Shown: in pieces, positions 19,231 to 29,354 of the stretch
How the letters are laid out: each line of letters starts with the position of its first letter
Position numbering within the stretch: position 1 is the first letter of the stretch
Origin: Nitrospirota bacterium
GTDB taxonomy: Bacteria > Nitrospirota > UBA9217
NCBI GenBank assembly: GCA_963663225.1
Contig: OY760142.1
Coordinates: forward strand, 2,048,001-2,112,000
DNA: 64,000 nt
Direction of reading: 5' to 3'
The notes under the pieces: model-generated
The model's input: only the letters and a program-made list of their open reading frames with translations
Database searches by the model: none
Told to the model about the DNA's origin: nothing
Translations under genes and position numbers: made by a program

Positions 19231-20631
19231 TTATGCCCACCGTGAGCGACGATTCGAGCCTGCTTCGTTGAATCTGGCCGGTTTGCCGCTGTTCTTCTTC
19301 CCGTCCCAATGTTCCTTTTGAGCGAATCCAGTGCTCTGGTTCCTTTTTCCGGCAGGTTTCGCGTTAAAGGGTGACCGAGCGGAAGTGTGCTGGCCGTATT
19401 TTTTGCCGCTTGTTGCTCCCTGCCAACGTTTATTGGAGGATGGTCTTGACGATTTCGTTGTGTTTGCCGTGGTGGGGCGGCGCAGCGGCCGTGCGGGTTC
19501 CAGACCGGGGATTACCTGTTGGGGGATTGACTGGCCGATAAAACGTTCAATCTGGCGCAGGAAATCGATCTCTTTGTGTGAAGCGAAGGAGATGGCTATG
19601 CCGGTTGCTCCGGCCCGGCCTGTGCGGCCGATGCGGTGCACATAGTCCTCGGCATTTTTGGGCAGGTCATAGTTGATTACGTGCGTGATTCCCGACACAT
19701 CGAGGCCGCGCGCGGCCACGTCAGTTGCCACGAGCAGACGCACCCTGCCTCGGCGCATGTTCATAATGGTGCGGTTGCGCGCGTTCTGGCTCATATCGCC
19801 GTGGAGCGCCGCTGAAGCGTGCCCCTGTGCGGACAGCTCGCGTGCAAGCTGGTCTGCGTTTCGCTTGGTTCCCGAAAAGATGATGGCCTTGGTCATGCTG
19901 TCGTCAGAAATCAGATGCTTTAGCAGTTTGTTTTTGTGCTGCATGTCGTCCGCGGCGTGAAGGCGCTGTTCGATTGTTTCAAGCGTGGTTTTCTTTCCGG
20001 CGATTTCGATCCGCACCGGTTCTTTCAGAAGCCGTCGTGCGAGTTTTTCCATGACGGCATCCATGGTCGCCGTGAACATGAGCGTCTGGCGGGTGGCCGG
20101 AGTCGCCGCCGCGATGGTGTCTACGGCCTCGCTGAATCCCATATCGAGCATGCGGTCGGCTTCGTCGAGTATCAGAATTTCAAGACGTGAAAAATCAATT
20201 CTGCCGCTTTCCATATGGTCGATGAGACGGCCGGGAGTTGCCACGATCAGATCCACGGGCTGTGATAGCAGCCGCTGCTGCTCGAAATAGGGCATACCGC
20301 CGAGAATGGCGCCGCTTCGGATGCGCATGAATCTGCCATAAGTCTTGACCGCATCAGTGACCTGGTTCGCCAGTTCGCGGGTTGGCGTGAGTACCAGCAC
20401 GCGGGGTCCCTTAGATTTTTTTGGTGCTGTAGAAAATTTGGACAGGCGCTGAAGCGAGGGAAGCACGAACGCGGCGGTTTTGCCGGTTCCTGTCTGCGCG
20501 GTGGCGATCAGGTCGTGCCCTGCCAGCGCCTCCGGAATGGCTTGTGCCTGGACCGGGGTCGGCGTGGTGTAACCGCAGAGGTTTACTGCTTTTAAAATCG
20601 GTGCTGCGAGCTGCAAATTTGAAAAAGACAT
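19231..20631 (-). CDS. rhlE: DEAD-box RNA helicase (RhlE-like)
   Basis: AQTGTGKT, PTRELA, DEAD, HRIGRTGR motifs; basic C-terminal tail. Confidence 0.9.
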   Translation of the reverse strand: MSFSNLQLAAPILKAVNLCGYTTPTPVQAQAIPEALAGHDLIATAQTGTGKTAAFVLPSLQRLSKFSTAPKKSKGPRVLVLTPTRELANQVTDAVKTYGRFMRIRSGAILGGMPYFEQQRLLSQPVDLIVATPGRLIDHMESGRIDFSRLEILILDEADRMLDMGFSEAVDTIAAATPATRQTLMFTATMDAVMEKLARRLLKEPVRIEIAGKKTTLETIEQRLHAADDMQHKNKLLKHLISDDSMTKAIIFSGTKRNADQLARELSAQGHASAALHGDMSQNARNRTIMNMRRGRVRLLVATDVAARGLDVSGITHVINYDLPKNAEDYVHRIGRTGRAGATGIAISFASHKEIDFLRQIERFIGQSIPQQVIPGLEPARPLRRPTTANTTKSSRPSSNKRWQGATSGKKYGQHTSARSPFNAKPAGKRNQSTGFAQKEHWDGKKNSGKPARFNEAGSNRRSRWA

Positions 20632-21008
20632 ACTACTCCTTTGATTTCACGGTTTGGGCGTGATACGTCCTGTACCGTGAATCCGGTAAAAGGTTTGCGT
20701 GCGGACCGCAGAAACACCCGTGTGTTCCTGAAACGTAGACGGCGCCAGCACAAATATGACCGGCATAACAGCATCGTTCGCCAACCATATGTACTGCCGC
20801 AATTTCAGAGTGGGAGCTGAAAGCAAGGGGGGTCAGAGATCGATGATTATGAAGGGCAGGAAGATGGTGACGCGTAAATGTACTTCAGTCAAATCCTGCC
20901 GCATTGTTAAACAGTCGGCGTGCATAATACACGGTTATTTGAAAATAGCAAGTTATTTTTTTCCCAAAAAGTGCAGCACAGAGAAACGGATGTCCGGATC
21001 CCGGAATA

Positions 21009-22013
21009 TTACAAGGGCATGCCGGCTTTGGGGTTCAGGTCAAGAGGGGAGGATTCTCCGCGCTTGAAGCGAAGATATCCCGCCAGCGCGATCATGGCCG
21101 CATTGTCAACGCACAAACTCATGCCGGGAAGGTACAACGTTGCCTTCTGCTTCATCGATTCTTCTTTCATTCTGCTTCTGAGCAGGCTGTTTGCGGCCAC
21201 GCCGCCCGCAACTACGATCTTGTCCACTCCGGTTTCCCGGACGGCCTGCATGGTTTTGCTGACCAGCGTGTCTACCACCGCGGTCTGAAAACTTGCGGCA
21301 ACGTCATTGATGTGCAGACGCGGATCTATGCCGTGGTCTTTGCTCATAAACAAGGCGATATGGTTTCGGACGGCTGTTTTAAGGCCGCTGAAACTGAAGT
21401 CATACCCTTCGAGGTGGCCGCGCGGGAACTGTATTGCCTGCGGATTTCCCTCTCTTGCCAGACGGTCGAGCACCGGACCTCCGGGATATTCGAGGTTCAG
21501 GAGCTTTGCGACTTTGTCATAGGCCTCACCCGCGGCATCGTCTCTTGTCTGGCCGAGCATGCGGTAGTCGCCCAATTGCTTTACATGGTAGATGGCTGTG
21601 TGGCCGCCTGAAACAAGCAGAGCAAGGTAGGGATAACCGATTTTCGGATATTCTATGTGGGCCGCAAGGATGTGGCCTTCGCCGTGATGGACACCGATCA
21701 GCGGAATTCCCTGAGCATAGGCAATGGCTTTCGCAGCAGACACACCCACGAGCAGCGCGCCGATGAGTCCCGGCGCATGCGTGACAGCAACGAGCCCGAT
21801 TTCACCGAGAGAGACGTTTGCTGCGGCAAGCGCCTCGCGGATGACAGGCATCAGATTTTTGAGGTGCTCGCGTGAAGCAAGCTCGGGGACTACGCCGCCG
21901 TATTTCTTATGAATGGAGATTTGCGAGGAAACAATGTTCGACAGGACGCTTTCATCGCGGAGGACGGCGGCCGCTGTTTCATCGCAGGAAGTTTCTATTC
22001 CGAGGGTGAGCAT
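21009..22013 (-). CDS. tsaD: tRNA N6-adenosine threonylcarbamoyltransferase
   Basis: LGIETSCDET, GGVVPELASREH, HHGEGH, DDAAGEAYDK, DNAAMI. Confidence 0.97.
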   Translation of the reverse strand: MLTLGIETSCDETAAAVLRDESVLSNIVSSQISIHKKYGGVVPELASREHLKNLMPVIREALAAANVSLGEIGLVAVTHAPGLIGALLVGVSAAKAIAYAQGIPLIGVHHGEGHILAAHIEYPKIGYPYLALLVSGGHTAIYHVKQLGDYRMLGQTRDDAAGEAYDKVAKLLNLEYPGGPVLDRLAREGNPQAIQFPRGHLEGYDFSFSGLKTAVRNHIALFMSKDHGIDPRLHINDVAASFQTAVVDTLVSKTMQAVRETGVDKIVVAGGVAANSLLRSRMKEESMKQKATLYLPGMSLCVDNAAMIALAGYLRFKRGESSPLDLNPKAGMPL

Positions 22014-22065
22014 GAAATACTCGATTCAGGACACCGGAGTCTGAGACTGCATTCTGGATTCCGCA

Positions 22066-23064
22066 TCAATTGACTATTCTTGATACCGGCACGACTTCGA
22101 TGCCGTGATTTCCGGCTTCGGCAAGCCACTTCCGCAGTTCGTTGATTGTCGCCGGGTGAGGATGGCCTATCCCGATTGCTTTGCCGTGTTTTTTTGCAAC
22201 GTCGGTCAATTCCTCAAATTGCTTCCGTATGTAGGCGGAATTATCCCCCTCGTTGTCGAGGAAGACATCTCGTTTTGCGGTCTTCAGGCCGAATTCCTTC
22301 GCCGTGGCGTAGGCGACGCTTCCGGCGCTTATCAGGCTGTCGAGAAAGAAAAGGTTGCGGGCCTTCAATTCCGCCATGAGAAATTTCATTGCTTCTTTGT
22401 TTTCCGTAAGCGATGAACCTTCGTGGTTGTTCACGCCGATTGCGCCCGGCACGGACCCCAGATCGCTGCTGAGCGTGTTCAGAAACTCCATGGGGGTCAT
22501 GTCGGAGCGCAGCATTCCGGGCGCCGGTTTTCCGTTTTTGCCTCGGTATTCCATGGGCAGATGCAGCAGAACTTCTCGTCCATTTTGCGCGGCAAGGTCG
22601 GCTATTTTCTTTGAATGCGTCAGTCCGGGCATGATTGCCATGGTGACTTTGGCGCGCAAAACCACAATGTCCTGCGCCTGCTTCATGTCCTGCCCAAGAT
22701 CGTCAATGACGATCGCGACTAGTGTAGTTTTTGTTTTCACTTGTGGTTTGGGTATAGCGGCTTCAACTGATTTTTCAGACGCAGCTTTTGTTTTTATCTG
22801 CGGTTTGGGTGAAGTGATCTCAGCAGGTTTCTCAGGTTTTTTGAGTTCCTTCTTAGATTGTTTTTCAGTTTTTTTCTGGGAAGGTTCCTGCTTTTGTGCT
22901 TGCACGGCCGCTTTTTTCTCTTCCGTGACGCGGCTGCTGCGCAGCGGGCCCCAGAGGATCAGTGCGATGGCTATTACTGCAACAATAATTCCTGCGATGA
23001 TGTAGCGTTCCGCCCTGTTTTTTTTGCCGAAGGTCTTTCGCTTTGTGGGTGATTTTTTAGCCAT
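22066..23064 (-). CDS. Divergent polysaccharide deacetylase (YibQ family)
   Basis: AIVIDDLG, LHLPME, NNHEGS, FFLDS, RDVFLDN, AIGIGHP; TM anchor; start at MAKKS. Confidence 0.92.
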   Translation of the reverse strand: MAKKSPTKRKTFGKKNRAERYIIAGIIVAVIAIALILWGPLRSSRVTEEKKAAVQAQKQEPSQKKTEKQSKKELKKPEKPAEITSPKPQIKTKAASEKSVEAAIPKPQVKTKTTLVAIVIDDLGQDMKQAQDIVVLRAKVTMAIMPGLTHSKKIADLAAQNGREVLLHLPMEYRGKNGKPAPGMLRSDMTPMEFLNTLSSDLGSVPGAIGVNNHEGSSLTENKEAMKFLMAELKARNLFFLDSLISAGSVAYATAKEFGLKTAKRDVFLDNEGDNSAYIRKQFEELTDVAKKHGKAIGIGHPHPATINELRKWLAEAGNHGIEVVPVSRIVN

Positions 23065-23261
23065 GGCACAGTTTATATACAATATTGCGTTAAAAAAGGC
23101 CAGAGATTTTTTAGTTCCGTGCCGTAGCCGATTCGATTCCGGAGAAGGAACGGCGCTTTTTGTCTTGACTAACCTCTGAGCGGTTCTTATAATCAAATTT
23201 ACACCGGCGAAGCACCCTCTGCCGGCGCTTTGTGACTGAACGGAGGTCGGGTTAACCGCAT

Positions 23262-24290
23262 ATGAGTTTTGAGTACGTACGACAAATTCCAAAAGCAAAA
23301 GAAATCCTGGCGAAATTACCGCTGCCCGCGGATTTGAAAAAAATCAAAGCTGCGCGGGACAGGGAAATTTTCGGTGTCCTTACCGGCGCCGTAAACAAGT
23401 TGCTGCTGATCATCGGCCCGTGTTCTGCCCATGACGAAGACGCGGTGTGTGATTATATCGGCCGGCTTGCGAAGATGCAGGACGAGGTGCGAGACAAACT
23501 GATCCTCATTCCCCGGATATATACGAACAAACCGCGCACGACCGGCGTCGGATACAAAGGCATGGCGCACCAGCCGGACCCTCGGAGAGAGCCGAACATC
23601 GTCGAAGGGATCACCGCAATCAGGACAATGCATATCCGCGCGCTCAGGGAATCCCATCTTGCGGCGGCGGACGAGATGCTTTATCCCAACAACTACGCGT
23701 ATCTTGAAGACCTGCTCAGCTATGTTGCCATCGGAGCGCGCTCGGTGGAGAACCAGCAGCACCGGCTCACCTGCAGCGGCCTGGAAATTCCCGTGGGCAT
23801 GAAGAACCCCACAAGCGGCGATATCGAAGTGATGTTCAATGCGGTTCATGCGTCACAGGCCCCACACACATTCGTCTACACGGGGTGGGAAGTGAAAACG
23901 TCGGGCAACCCGCTTACTCATTGCATTCTCAGGGGAGCAGTGAACCAGTTTGGCCAGAGCATTCCGAACTATCATTTTGAAGATCTGATTATGGTGGCAA
24001 AGGGCTATGCAAAACGGAATTTTTCGAATCCTGCGATTATTGTGGACACGAACCACGCGAATTCGAACAAACAGTACAAGGAGCAGCCGCGCATTGCCAA
24101 GGAAGTGATGCAAAGCCGGATGCATTCTGAAATTCTCAGAAAAGCGGTAAAAGGATTCATGATCGAAAGCTTCATCGATGAGGGGGCGCAAAAAGCGACT
24201 GAGAACGTGTATGGAAAATCCATTACCGACCCGTGCCTCGGCTGGAAGGACAGCGAAAAACTTATCAGAAGGATCGCCGAGCTGGCATAG
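23262..24290 (+). CDS. aroG: DAHP synthase class I (3-deoxy-7-phosphoheptulonate synthase)
   Basis: IGPCSAHD, KPRTTG, IGARS, DTNHANS, SITDPCL; paralog symbol uncertain. Confidence 0.92.
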   Translation: MSFEYVRQIPKAKEILAKLPLPADLKKIKAARDREIFGVLTGAVNKLLLIIGPCSAHDEDAVCDYIGRLAKMQDEVRDKLILIPRIYTNKPRTTGVGYKGMAHQPDPRREPNIVEGITAIRTMHIRALRESHLAAADEMLYPNNYAYLEDLLSYVAIGARSVENQQHRLTCSGLEIPVGMKNPTSGDIEVMFNAVHASQAPHTFVYTGWEVKTSGNPLTHCILRGAVNQFGQSIPNYHFEDLIMVAKGYAKRNFSNPAIIVDTNHANSNKQYKEQPRIAKEVMQSRMHSEILRKAVKGFMIESFIDEGAQKATENVYGKSITDPCLGWKDSEKLIRRIAELA

Positions 24291-24316
24291 ACCGCGCGGA
24301 GCCGCTGGGAAATATC

Positions 24317-24949
24317 ATGGAACTTTTTGACGCACTGCAGGGCAGGAGAAGCATCCGCCGGTTTAAACAGATCCCGGTGTCGGACGAAGACATCATGAAA
24401 ATCCTCGACGCGGGGAGACACGCACCAAGCGCGAACAACTCCCAGCCGTGGAGCTTTCTGGTCATCAAAGACCGCGCATTGCTCGGCAGGATGGCCGAGG
24501 CGGTGCGAACGATGGTTGATTCAATGCTGCCTTTTGCGGAAAGCGAAAAACAGCGTGCGCGGCTGGCGGCATATAGAAACACGTTTTACACGTTTTTTGA
24601 AAACGCGCCGCTTGTGATTGCTGTGTTCATGGAGCCGCACGACGCCGGAACCGACACCGTGCTCGGAAAGATGGGCTACACTCCGGCGAATATCATGCGG
24701 CTCAGACCCCTGCCCGGACTGCAGAGCGTCTCTGCCGCGGTTCAGAACATGCTTCTTGCCATCCATGCTCTTGGATACGGTTCCTGCTGGATGACGGGGC
24801 CGCTTGTTGCGCAAGAGGCATTCGAAAAGCTGCTCGGCTACGGAAAGGAACGGTCTATCGTGGCGCTCCTGCCGGTCGGCGTGCCTGATGAAAATCCCCC
24901 TGCCGGAAACAGAAAACCGTTGGAAGGGATTGTGCAAATAAAGGAATAG
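24317..24949 (+). CDS. Nitroreductase family protein
   Basis: RRSIRRF, APSANNSQPW, LGYGSCW. Confidence 0.92.
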   Translation: MELFDALQGRRSIRRFKQIPVSDEDIMKILDAGRHAPSANNSQPWSFLVIKDRALLGRMAEAVRTMVDSMLPFAESEKQRARLAAYRNTFYTFFENAPLVIAVFMEPHDAGTDTVLGKMGYTPANIMRLRPLPGLQSVSAAVQNMLLAIHALGYGSCWMTGPLVAQEAFEKLLGYGKERSIVALLPVGVPDENPPAGNRKPLEGIVQIKE

Positions 24950-24985
24950 CCGTTTTTGCCTCTGATTGTGTATCAGCGATGAAAG

Positions 24986-25756
24986 ATGACAATGTCTGAA
25001 CCGTATCTCCACTGCAATACTCCCGGCTGCAAAGGATTTCCTCAAGCGATCAGCGCAAATACCGCACGCGCTCTTGTGGAATACCGGCTGCAATACAACC
25101 ATAAATATGTTTTGCGGCTGCCGTGCCCGGCTTGCAAAAAAACTGCAACGTATACCGATGAGCAGATTCTCGGCCTGATTGCCCCGGAAAAGCGGCCGCA
25201 GCCGCTGCCTCATGATCACTTCTGGGCATATATGCTGTTTGACCTGGAATCATGGAAGAGCACGGACCACCGCGCTCAACTGGGCGGACGGGTGCTTGTG
25301 CAGCTGTTGACAAACGAGCCGGGAGGGACGTGGTACGGCATTCTCAAATCGACGTCTCCCTATGCGCCGACGTTGAAGATCGGAAACTACATCAAGGGGA
25401 AACCGCGCGGCAGATATGAGATATGTCTTTCCGTGATCGAGGGCGAAAAGACGGTTCCCATACCCAAACCCTCCCAGATACCGAAAGCCAGCAGCTTCGG
25501 ATTGTTTGTATCGCCAAAAAACAACGAGGAAGAACTTCAGTGCGCGAACATTTTCTGCAGCAATCCGTCCTGCCATCATATTTACAGCACGATGACCTAC
25601 AGAAAGTTCAGCGGGTTGATTCTCAGAGAGCAGCTGGATGAAGACGCATATGATGAAGTAACGCTGCAGCCGACCATAAAACTGGCATGTCCTGTTTGCG
25701 GCACGGAGCGGGTGATTGACGAAAGTTCGTTTGAAGGTCTTTACAAGGAGGAATAA
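24986..25756 (+). CDS. Hypothetical protein with four Cys pairs (putative double zinc ribbon)
   Basis: CNTPGC, CPAC, CSNPSC, CPVC. Confidence 0.7.
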   Translation: MTMSEPYLHCNTPGCKGFPQAISANTARALVEYRLQYNHKYVLRLPCPACKKTATYTDEQILGLIAPEKRPQPLPHDHFWAYMLFDLESWKSTDHRAQLGGRVLVQLLTNEPGGTWYGILKSTSPYAPTLKIGNYIKGKPRGRYEICLSVIEGEKTVPIPKPSQIPKASSFGLFVSPKNNEEELQCANIFCSNPSCHHIYSTMTYRKFSGLILREQLDEDAYDEVTLQPTIKLACPVCGTERVIDESSFEGLYKEE

Positions 25757-25781
25757 ACGGAGTCCCGGAGTCGGGTATTCT

Positions 25782-27035
25782 TCATTCCTCCGGGCATTCC
25801 CCCGGTCCGGTGGTTATCTCCGCTGATATTTCCGTTCCCTTCGGAATCACTACTATGCCGGAAGGCGTGACAAAGTAGTGCTTTCGGTCTTCGGCAATGT
25901 TGCAGCCGATCCGGGAACACGAGGGGATCGTGACATCCTTGTCGATGATGGCGCGTCGGATTACGCAGTGTCTGCCGATATCCACGTTTTCCATGAGAAT
26001 GGAATCATGCACTTCGGCATAGCTGTTGATGCGTACGTTCGGCGACAGTACCGAGTTCTGCACGCGACCGCCGCTTATGATGCTCCCGTGCGACACGATG
26101 GAGTCGAGGGCCATGCCGAGCCGCCCCCCTTTCTTTTCCTGCGCAAACACGAATTTCACGGGAGGATTCTGCGCTTGGTAGGTGCGGATGGGCCAAGCAT
26201 TGTCATAAAGATTCAACAGCGGGTCCACGCTCACCAGATCCATGTTTGCTTCCCAGTAAGCATCGATGGTTCCGACGTCCCGCCAGTATTTCGCCTCTTT
26301 CTTGTTCTCATCTTTGAAATTGTATGTGTAGACGCGTGATGTTTTCATCATTTGCGGAATGATGTTTTTGCCGAAGTCATGGGCCGTGTCCTGAAGGGCG
26401 TCGAACTTCAGGTGCTCGAGCACTGTTTTTGTATTGAAGAGGTAAATGCCCATGGACGCAAATGCCATATCAGGACGGCCCGGAATATGTTTCGGTTCCC
26501 GGGGTTTTTCTTCGAAACCGACAATGCGGCAGTCCTCATCTATTTCAATGACGCCGAACGCCGCGGCTGCCGATTTCGGAATTTCAATGGCCGCCACGGT
26601 GGCGTCCGCACGCTTGTCATTGTGGAACTGGAGCATTTCAGAATAATCCATCTTGTAAATGTGATCGCCTGCCAGCACAAGCAAATATTCCGGGTCATCC
26701 TTTTCGATCATGTAGATGTTCTGATAAATGGCATCGGCCGTTCCCTGATACCATTTTTCTCCGACCCGTTGCTGGGGTGGAATGGAAATGACATATTCAT
26801 TCAAGTCTCCGGAGAACAGGTTCCAGGCGGTCCGTATATGCTTGTCCAGTGACAAGGATTTGTATTGAGGAAGTACGGCAATTCTTCTGATTCCGGAATT
26901 AATGCAGTTGGAAAGGCTGAAGTCGATGATCCTGTAGATACCGCCGAAAGGAACCGCCGGTTTTGCCCGGTGCATGGTAAGAGGGTGGAGCCTTTCTCCT
27001 TTTCCGCCTGCCAGAATCATTGCCAGAATATTCAT
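25782..27035 (-). CDS. glgC: Glucose-1-phosphate adenylyltransferase
   Basis: LAGGKGERL, RAKPAVPFGG, WYQGTADA, FEEKP, YWRDVG. Confidence 0.97.
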   Translation of the reverse strand: MNILAMILAGGKGERLHPLTMHRAKPAVPFGGIYRIIDFSLSNCINSGIRRIAVLPQYKSLSLDKHIRTAWNLFSGDLNEYVISIPPQQRVGEKWYQGTADAIYQNIYMIEKDDPEYLLVLAGDHIYKMDYSEMLQFHNDKRADATVAAIEIPKSAAAAFGVIEIDEDCRIVGFEEKPREPKHIPGRPDMAFASMGIYLFNTKTVLEHLKFDALQDTAHDFGKNIIPQMMKTSRVYTYNFKDENKKEAKYWRDVGTIDAYWEANMDLVSVDPLLNLYDNAWPIRTYQAQNPPVKFVFAQEKKGGRLGMALDSIVSHGSIISGGRVQNSVLSPNVRINSYAEVHDSILMENVDIGRHCVIRRAIIDKDVTIPSCSRIGCNIAEDRKHYFVTPSGIVVIPKGTEISAEITTGPGECPEE

Positions 27036-27303
27036 AGAGATTCGCTCCTTTTCCGATAAGACGGCGCTCAATTTATTGTATCAAGCGCAGGAAGGTATGT
27101 CAAACAACCCGTTGAAAACAATCGGGAACTCATATGATGACTTGTTCTCGGCTGTATTGGTCTGTTGCCACCGCAATATCAATGGTAGTTGATTTTTTGT
27201 GGTTTTTCTGTCTTTATAGAGTATAATCCAAAGCAACAGCGATTTTTTTTCCGTGTAATTATCTGAAAAAATGTAAGTCACTTGAAGAGGCAGGGATAAC
27301 CGG

Positions 27304-27921
27304 ATGTATCAAGGCGAGCGCATGAACAGCATTACGCATTTAATCGGGGCAGTCCTTGCGGTTGCCGGTCTTGTCGTGTTGATTGCCTGTGCCGGACGGC
27401 AAGGTGATCCCTGGAAAATCGTCAGCTTCAGCATTTACGGGACCGCACTCGTGTTGTTGTATTTTTTTTCCACGCTGTACCACAGCACGCGGGGGACGAC
27501 CAAAAAAATCTTCCAGAAAATGGACCACAGCGCAATTTATCTGCTAATCGCGGGCAGTTATACCCCCTTCACGCTTGTCACCCTGCGGGGTGCCTGGGGG
27601 TGGTCGCTCTTCGGAATCGTTTGGGGGCTCGCGCTGGTCGGCATTGTTCAGGATGTTCTCGCAGGCAAGGGGAGGCGCGTTCTCTCTATTGCTATTTATC
27701 TGCTGATGGGCTGGCTCGTCGTTGTGGCGTTTCGTCCGCTTATGGATGCCTTGCCCGGAGCAGCCCTTATCTGGCTGGTTGCGGGAGGTCTTTTTTATAC
27801 TGCTGGGCTTCTCTTCTATATGTTGGACAAAAAAATGTCCTATGGTCATGAGATATTCCACCTCTTTGTCCTCGTCGGCAGCGCATGCCATTATTGTGTG
27901 ATTCTTTTTTACGTGGCCTGA
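27304..27921 (+). CDS. Hemolysin III / PAQR family membrane protein
   Basis: ERMNSITH, STLYH, DHSAIYLLIAGSYTP, HEIFHLFV. Confidence 0.93.
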   Translation: MYQGERMNSITHLIGAVLAVAGLVVLIACAGRQGDPWKIVSFSIYGTALVLLYFFSTLYHSTRGTTKKIFQKMDHSAIYLLIAGSYTPFTLVTLRGAWGWSLFGIVWGLALVGIVQDVLAGKGRRVLSIAIYLLMGWLVVVAFRPLMDALPGAALIWLVAGGLFYTAGLLFYMLDKKMSYGHEIFHLFVLVGSACHYCVILFYVA

Positions 27922-27987
27922 CCAGACTGCCGCTCTCCGCTGTGATTTGCATCACAGCGCTTTCCAAAAAAAAATTGTAAAATTTAC

Positions 27988-28039
27988 TTGACATCCGTGC
28001 CTTTTTGTATATTATAGTTAGTATACTTATAATAACTAT
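27988..28039 (+). promoter_or_regulatory. Promoter and possible operator upstream of the HTH-pil operon
   Basis: TTGACA at 27988; -10 candidates TATTAT (16 nt spacer) or TATAGT (19 nt); inverted repeat ATAGTTA...TAACTAT. Confidence 0.55.
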
Positions 28040-28067
28040 TAACCATAGTATATGTAATGAGGGCACC

Positions 28068-28268
28068 ATGGCTACGCGCAAAACTCCGAAAAGCTATAAA
28101 ACTAATGAAATCTGCAACCGGTTTGATATTTCCCGGGCCACGCTGTTTCGCTGGGAAAGTGAAGGGCTTTTGACGGGTGTGGCGCGCGATTGGCGGGGCT
28201 GGAGAGTATACAACGAGGACAATTTAAAAGACATCGAAAAGATCATGAAGAACAAAAAAGCGGATTAA
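28068..28268 (+). CDS. Small MerR-type HTH protein
   Basis: EICNRFDISRATLFRWESEGLL...RDWRGWRVY. Confidence 0.85.
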   Translation: MATRKTPKSYKTNEICNRFDISRATLFRWESEGLLTGVARDWRGWRVYNEDNLKDIEKIMKNKKAD

Positions 28269-28298
28269 TTCGGCACACGGAAAAGCACTCGCGGAGTT

Positions 28299-29354
28299 GT
28301 GATGTTTTTATCAAAAAAAATAGAACCGATTGCACTTGATATAGGATCGACGTTCATCAAGCTGGTAAAATTGAAGGGGACCAACAAGAGTTACCAGCTG
28401 CAGAAATTCGGCATGGTTTCGTTGCCGCCCGAGGTAATCGTGGAGGGGGCGGTCATGGATGCCGGCCGTGTGGTTGAGGCAATCAGACAGCTTCTTGCCG
28501 AGCAGAAGGTGACCACCAAGGAGGCTGTGATTTCGGTCTCGGGCAGTTCCGTAATTATCAAACGCGTTTCGGTTGCCGATATGACCGATGAGGAGCTTGC
28601 CGAGTCCATTCGGTGGGAGGCGGAACAGTATATCCCGTTTTCAATCGATGATGTGAACGTGGATTTCCAGAAGTTGGGGCCCGGTGGGGCTGCAGGCCAG
28701 GCTGATGTCCTTCTGGTTGCGGTCAAAAAGGACAAGATTAACGATTATGTAAACCTCGTGAAGGAAGCGGGTCTTGAGCCTGTCGTTATGGATGTTGATG
28801 CTTTTGCCCTGGCAAATATGTACGAACTCAACTACGAACTTGAACCGGGAATCACCGCTCTGCTCAACATCGGCGCATCGGTGATGAATATTAATATTCT
28901 GAAAGACGGCGCTTCAATTTTCACCCGTGATATTTCCGTGGGGGGCAACCGGTATACAGAGGCACTCCAGCGGGATTTCGGCCTGACGTATGAAGATGCA
29001 GAGCGGGTAAAGAGAGGCGAAACGATTGAAGGTGCGGATGCGGAGCAGATCGCGGGAGTGATGTCGTCCGTAACAGACGACATCGTTACCGAAACGCAGC
29101 GATCCTTTGAATTTTTCCGCTCCACGACCGGAAGTGACAGGGTGTCGCGCGTGCTGGTTTCGGGAGGATGCGCACGCATCGGGAATTTCACATCAGTTCT
29201 TTCGGAACGGCTTGAGATCCCTGTGGAAGTGGTTAATCCTTTTAAAAACATCAAAGTCGATACAAAACGATTTGACCCTGCGCTTCTCGCAGAATCCGCC
29301 CCCCTGTCGGCAGTGGCAGTCGGGCTTGCGATCAGGAGGCCGGGAGACAGATGA
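28299..29354 (+). CDS. pilM: Type IV pilus assembly protein PilM
   Basis: ALDIGS actin-like motif, EAEQYIPF; operon context. Confidence 0.95.
   Translation: MMFLSKKIEPIALDIGSTFIKLVKLKGTNKSYQLQKFGMVSLPPEVIVEGAVMDAGRVVEAIRQLLAEQKVTTKEAVISVSGSSVIIKRVSVADMTDEELAESIRWEAEQYIPFSIDDVNVDFQKLGPGGAAGQADVLLVAVKKDKINDYVNLVKEAGLEPVVMDVDAFALANMYELNYELEPGITALLNIGASVMNINILKDGASIFTRDISVGGNRYTEALQRDFGLTYEDAERVKRGETIEGADAEQIAGVMSSVTDDIVTETQRSFEFFRSTTGSDRVSRVLVSGGCARIGNFTSVLSERLEIPVEVVNPFKNIKVDTKRFDPALLAESAPLSAVAVGLAIRRPGDR

Noticed and set aside
22730-22810. PKPQ(I/V)KTK duplicate in the deacetylase
   Set aside because: Ordinary low-complexity periplasmic linker
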